DNA of 38,058 bases from Halocafeteria seosinensis. Taxonomy: Eukaryota. The translations under genes and the position numbers were made by a program. Shown here piece by piece: positions 34,440 through 38,058 of this stretch. The DNA is taken from positions 1 through 38,058 of the forward strand of contig LVLI01000220.1 in NCBI GenBank assembly GCA_001687465.1, in the 5' to 3' direction. Numbering within the stretch: the stretch's first letter is position 1; each line of letters starts with the position of its first letter. The notes under the pieces are model-generated. The model was not told where the DNA came from. It did no database searches and saw only the letters and a list, made by a program, of their open reading frames with translations.

Positions 34440-34926
34440 TTACTGCTGAAATCCGTACTTCTTTTTCTCATAAAACCAATCTGCTCGTGCTGAACCAATG
34501 TTGATGACTTTAGGGCATCCGTCTCTGTCTTTCTCCTGCTGGACGCATTCCTTGCAATAATACGCCTCCGAGACGCCAGGAAGTCCACACACGACACATC
34601 TTCCTTCATACGAGCCATAATTGCACTCATCGCAAATACGCACGACTTTATGGGGCCGCACGTAGGAATCGCAGATAACACACCTCCCATCACCTGCATC
34701 CATTGGAGTCTATCTACGGCGCATGCATGAAGGTCAACGACACGACGCTATTCACGTACACTTTTCACATAAATAGCCCACCGCGATTCCTGGCTGCTTC
34801 CGACACAGGATCAAGTCAGCATCTGCACCACAACAATAGGGGCATTATTATCATCATTGTATACTCTATACCGCACAGTCGATGTCGTCGAAGGGTGCAA
34901 CGCCACTTACGGTGTCTCGCCGCCAT
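34440..34926 (-). CDS. PHF5A: PHD finger-like domain protein 5A (SF3b subunit, Rds3), 3 exons (34926-34911, 34822-34760, 34693-34440), 110 aa
   Basis: Spliced product [40 protein letters not shown]...[13 protein letters not shown]...[12 protein letters not shown]...YEKKKYGF. Confidence 0.98.
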
Positions 34927-36064
34927 GGCCGGCTGTCTGTCTGTGGCGTCGCTGCGCTACAAGAAGGTTGTACAGTCCTCTCCTTTATGTAAGAGATGTT
35001 GTACAGTCGGAGGGAAATAACAATCCATGCAATTCCTGTTACGATACCTTCTACAGTACCCCGCTGGGAAGTTCACAACATTGTCCTAGAAAAGCCTTCT
35101 GAAAAGGTTAGCTTACCACAGTTATAGTTTTCCACAAATAAATAAACGGGGGGAAAAAAATAAATAAAATAAAAAATATCAAAATTCATGTGTACGTTCC
35201 TATATGCAGTCTAATGAAGAACACTGTTGGACCCACTTCATTTCGATGGCACACACGCCATCCCTGAAGTCGGAACGCCTGCTCTGCCGCCTTTTCACAA
35301 AATTTGCGATGAGTGGTTTGTCATGTAATTTGCAGACATCCACACAAGGACAGAACCTGTTGAGGGGGACAATGCCGGAGTGCCTTTTACGGTGCTCTCT
35401 GAAGAGTAGACCGTAAAATTCATAAGTGTCCTACGCAAACCGGGCTGGTCGCCCGGGGGTAGTGAGCCGGGCCGAGGGACCGGGCACGCCTTTGCAGGCT
35501 GGCTGAAGGGATTAAACTGAGTTTACTAGTGTATTGAAACTACAAATTCGAGTGAGATGGTATCCGTGCGCTCTCTTTTGATGAGTAAAGCCCCTCTAAG
35601 CACAGCGGCTATGTTAGTTGCGGTGCGAAAGGAACGATGGAGGCAAGAATGGTGCCGATACTTGTAACAGAGAACGGATAGCGTATCGTTCGTTGGTGAA
35701 AATAGACGTATGGAGATTGAGTTTGGTTAATGTTACTTGCTTGCTGAATTGGTTCGACCGTCTGCGGTTAGGTGGTATCAACGAGATCGTCCACTGACAG
35801 GAAACGCCTTCGGAGAGCGGCCACAAGCGCGACTACTGCTGTTTCTAGGACTGCACATCCAGTGCTTCGTTGGACGTTATGGTACAGGGTATGTGTTTCG
35901 GCGCGATTCCTCCGCATCGTTCTGTCGCCTCTGCCACGCTACATTTTCCGGAGAGTAAAGAGCTTGTCGACACAATTCTTCTCGGAAGCCGATCTCATCG
36001 ACTCGATCACCGACTGCTAAGGGCCACATCTGTGCAGAAGTCCACAATCTAGGGAGCTTATATA

Positions 36065-38058
36065 CTACAGCTGAGATGAGGCGGGTTGCCTTGCTTGGAA
36101 ACCAAGGTGGTATACATGCGATGGTATCCGATCGCGGCTACGGAGAATATCTAATGCTATTCTTCTCCTCTGATAGGGCATGTCGTCTTCCCACACGTTG
36201 CCCATTGGGTATATATCGACGTCGTCTCTGAGGTACACGTCGTGGTCCTCTCCCAGAGTAGCAACCGCCCTTATGATCATAATGCCACTGTCGTGTGGGT
36301 TTGTTACCCTTCGGAGAGTTGAGTCTGTTCTTGTTGTCCACGCTGGCAAAGAAGAGCTGCTATCTCGTCGTCTTGCTAGGAACGGGCATCGTCGTAGCCA
36401 CCACTGCAATAGCTTGTAGTGAGCATTTACCTCAGCATGAGGGATAGAACCCTCGTTAGGGTTAAATAGCACCAGTGTTGACGCTTCTAGGAAGATGGAA
36501 AACATGACCCAATGGCCCGTGCTTAGCTGGACCGGTACTATTATTGTCTGCAGACGTTCATGTTCCAAATTAGCTTGGACAGCTCTGTCAAGCCCTTCGG
36601 CTTTTGAGTAAGCGGACATGTTATCGTTCATCAGACTGGCAATAAATGCGGGTGTCCTGTAGCATACCTCATTGGCCTCCCCGTTTAGGAGACTGACTGG
36701 TACCCGAACTACTGTTCATGAACAGACAATGGCAGAACGGTTAGGGTTATGACCTGTTGACAATGGCAATGATCGTTTCCGGATTAGATGATCGGGGCTC
36801 CCGACTAAACTTGGGGATATTCCTAGTGGCGTCTGTTAGTAAGCTGGAACAAAAAGAGTCTACTATCCACACTTTTCTTCCTCTAGCGTCAGCCCAGCGC
36901 TGAAACAGAGCTCCAGCTGCGTTGAACACGTTGCTATGCAGCCACCTTGTCCGACTCACAAGACAATCAAGCTTCTCTAACAGAACTTTCCAGGATCCAA
37001 TCTCAGCGACGATACAATTGTCAGGCCTTTGTGTGTGCCATGCGTTATGAAAGAGGGAGATATCCGTCTCTGACAAGTTCCTAAGCTGGTCCCAAGCATT
37101 TTGGGCCCTTCCGCTTCTGCGCTGTGCAGGCTTCCATCTCCATTCATGTGTTTCCACGACGGTCGTCTGGCGGGTTTGCTTGCCCCGTAGGTACTCAACA
37201 TAAAGTAGGGGCACCATAAATGCTTTTGGTGCTGCTTTCGTCAGCTTAACAGCAGCACAACGGATTTTACTTTGCACAACAGTGTCACCTGTGAGGGGAG
37301 CGCTTTTAATCTGCACTCGACAACGTCCTTTATTGTGTTGGCAAGCTGCTTTTCTGTTGCTTGAGTAACTTGTTTAGGATGTGTAGTTCTAAACACTGAT
37401 CATCAGGGGAAAGTTGTAATATCTTGTTCAAAGTGGAACTGAAATACAAGGAGCAATTTGTATTACCGCCAGAGTTAAAATGATTCCAGGACATCGAGCT
37501 TGTAACACGTACTTCATACTCCGTGGATAATTGAACGCCCATACCCAGTCGATATCGGGATCAGTGACGCCCCGGTAGAGGGACTCCGTCAACTGCGCGA
37601 ATTGCTCCCCCTGCAACTCATCATAAGCGGCACGTAGAATATCTCCGAGAGGATTCTTTTTCGGGCCTGTTGAAGATGCACTGCGTTCTTGGAACGGGTC
37701 TGCAAAATGGAAAGAACTGTCCTGAGAGTTATGCATGATATCTGCAATGCCGGACTTAACAGAGTCTACCTGAGCCTTCTCCTTCCAGACTGAGCGTTGA
37801 CGATACCCCTGACATCGTTGGCGCAGGCATGGCGCCTCCTCCGATGCCTCCTGAGCAAAATCAGTGTTGTGTTACCTTACGGCGCATGTCAGCAAGGCTG
37901 CAGGAACAGCGGGCCCGTCGCTGCTTAACACGGGCGCATACCGCTCCTCGTTAAGAGGATGCGGTCAACTCCCCGGCCGGTGGGCTATCTGTCACATATG
38001 TATGTGTGTGTGTTCTTTGGACTGGTCAATCCTGCAGAGTCTCTGGAAATCCTTAGAC
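36065..38058 (-). pseudogene. Decayed gene with Ulp1/C48 peptidase-like segments, possibly transposon-derived; runs off the window edge
   Basis: WLHSNVFN...VWIVDSFCSSLL (36747-37316) and IIVPVQLSTGHWVMFSI...NPHDSGIMI (36065-36631). The segments are broken by stops, frame changes, a probable intron and a retroelement insertion. Confidence 0.6.
37874..38008 (+). mobile_element. 5'-truncated non-LTR-type retroelement 3' end, copy 2
   Basis: Same sequence as 4932-5029 but about 45 nt longer at the 5' end. Tail tatgtatgtgtgtg; candidate TSD TGTGTT (37868-37873, 38009-38014); removing it leaves the minus-strand host frame open. Confidence 0.7.

Noticed and set aside
36450..36752. Isolated TTAGGG hexamers
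   Set aside because: Single copies only; not a telomeric array.
4931..38012. Inverted ~90-bp repeats at ~4.9 kb and ~38 kb as TIRs of one 33-kb giant transposon
   Set aside because: Copy 1 has its own exact 11-bp TSD and copy 2 has a different candidate TSD, the outer flanks share no common TSD, and the interval holds ordinary housekeeping genes. Independent insertions explain this better.

Overview
Gene-dense nuclear DNA from a microbial eukaryote, with short (mostly 60-130 nt) GT-AG introns. The gene mix is compatible with a stramenopile-like protist, but the taxon cannot be fixed from this window. Splicing by hand recovers, in order: an EF-hand/coiled-coil protein, a 3-exon NDUFA1(MWFE)-like protein mostly missed by the ORF track, Rho-GDI, two U-box pseudogene copies, a Golgi-type sulfotransferase, KIF-binding protein, acetyl-CoA synthetase (12 introns), a small basic protein, a kinesin, an intronless GLUG-like repeat protein with a mucin-like tail, a PrsW-family intramembrane protease, a GAF-GAF cyclic-nucleotide phosphodiesterase, PHF5A, and a decayed Ulp1-like locus at the right edge. 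The most notable structures are: (i) two 5'-truncated copies of one unidentified non-LTR-type retroelement 3' end, one with an exact 11-bp TSD inside a U-box; (ii) a reconstructable tandem duplication of the U-box...sulfotransferase segment; (iii) two prokaryote-flavoured genes (GLUG-like protein and PrsW) transcribed divergently; (iv) a Ulp1-like domain with substituted catalytic residues. No coherent novel multi-gene system is demonstrable from the sequence alone. All family calls rest on motif recognition, not database searches.
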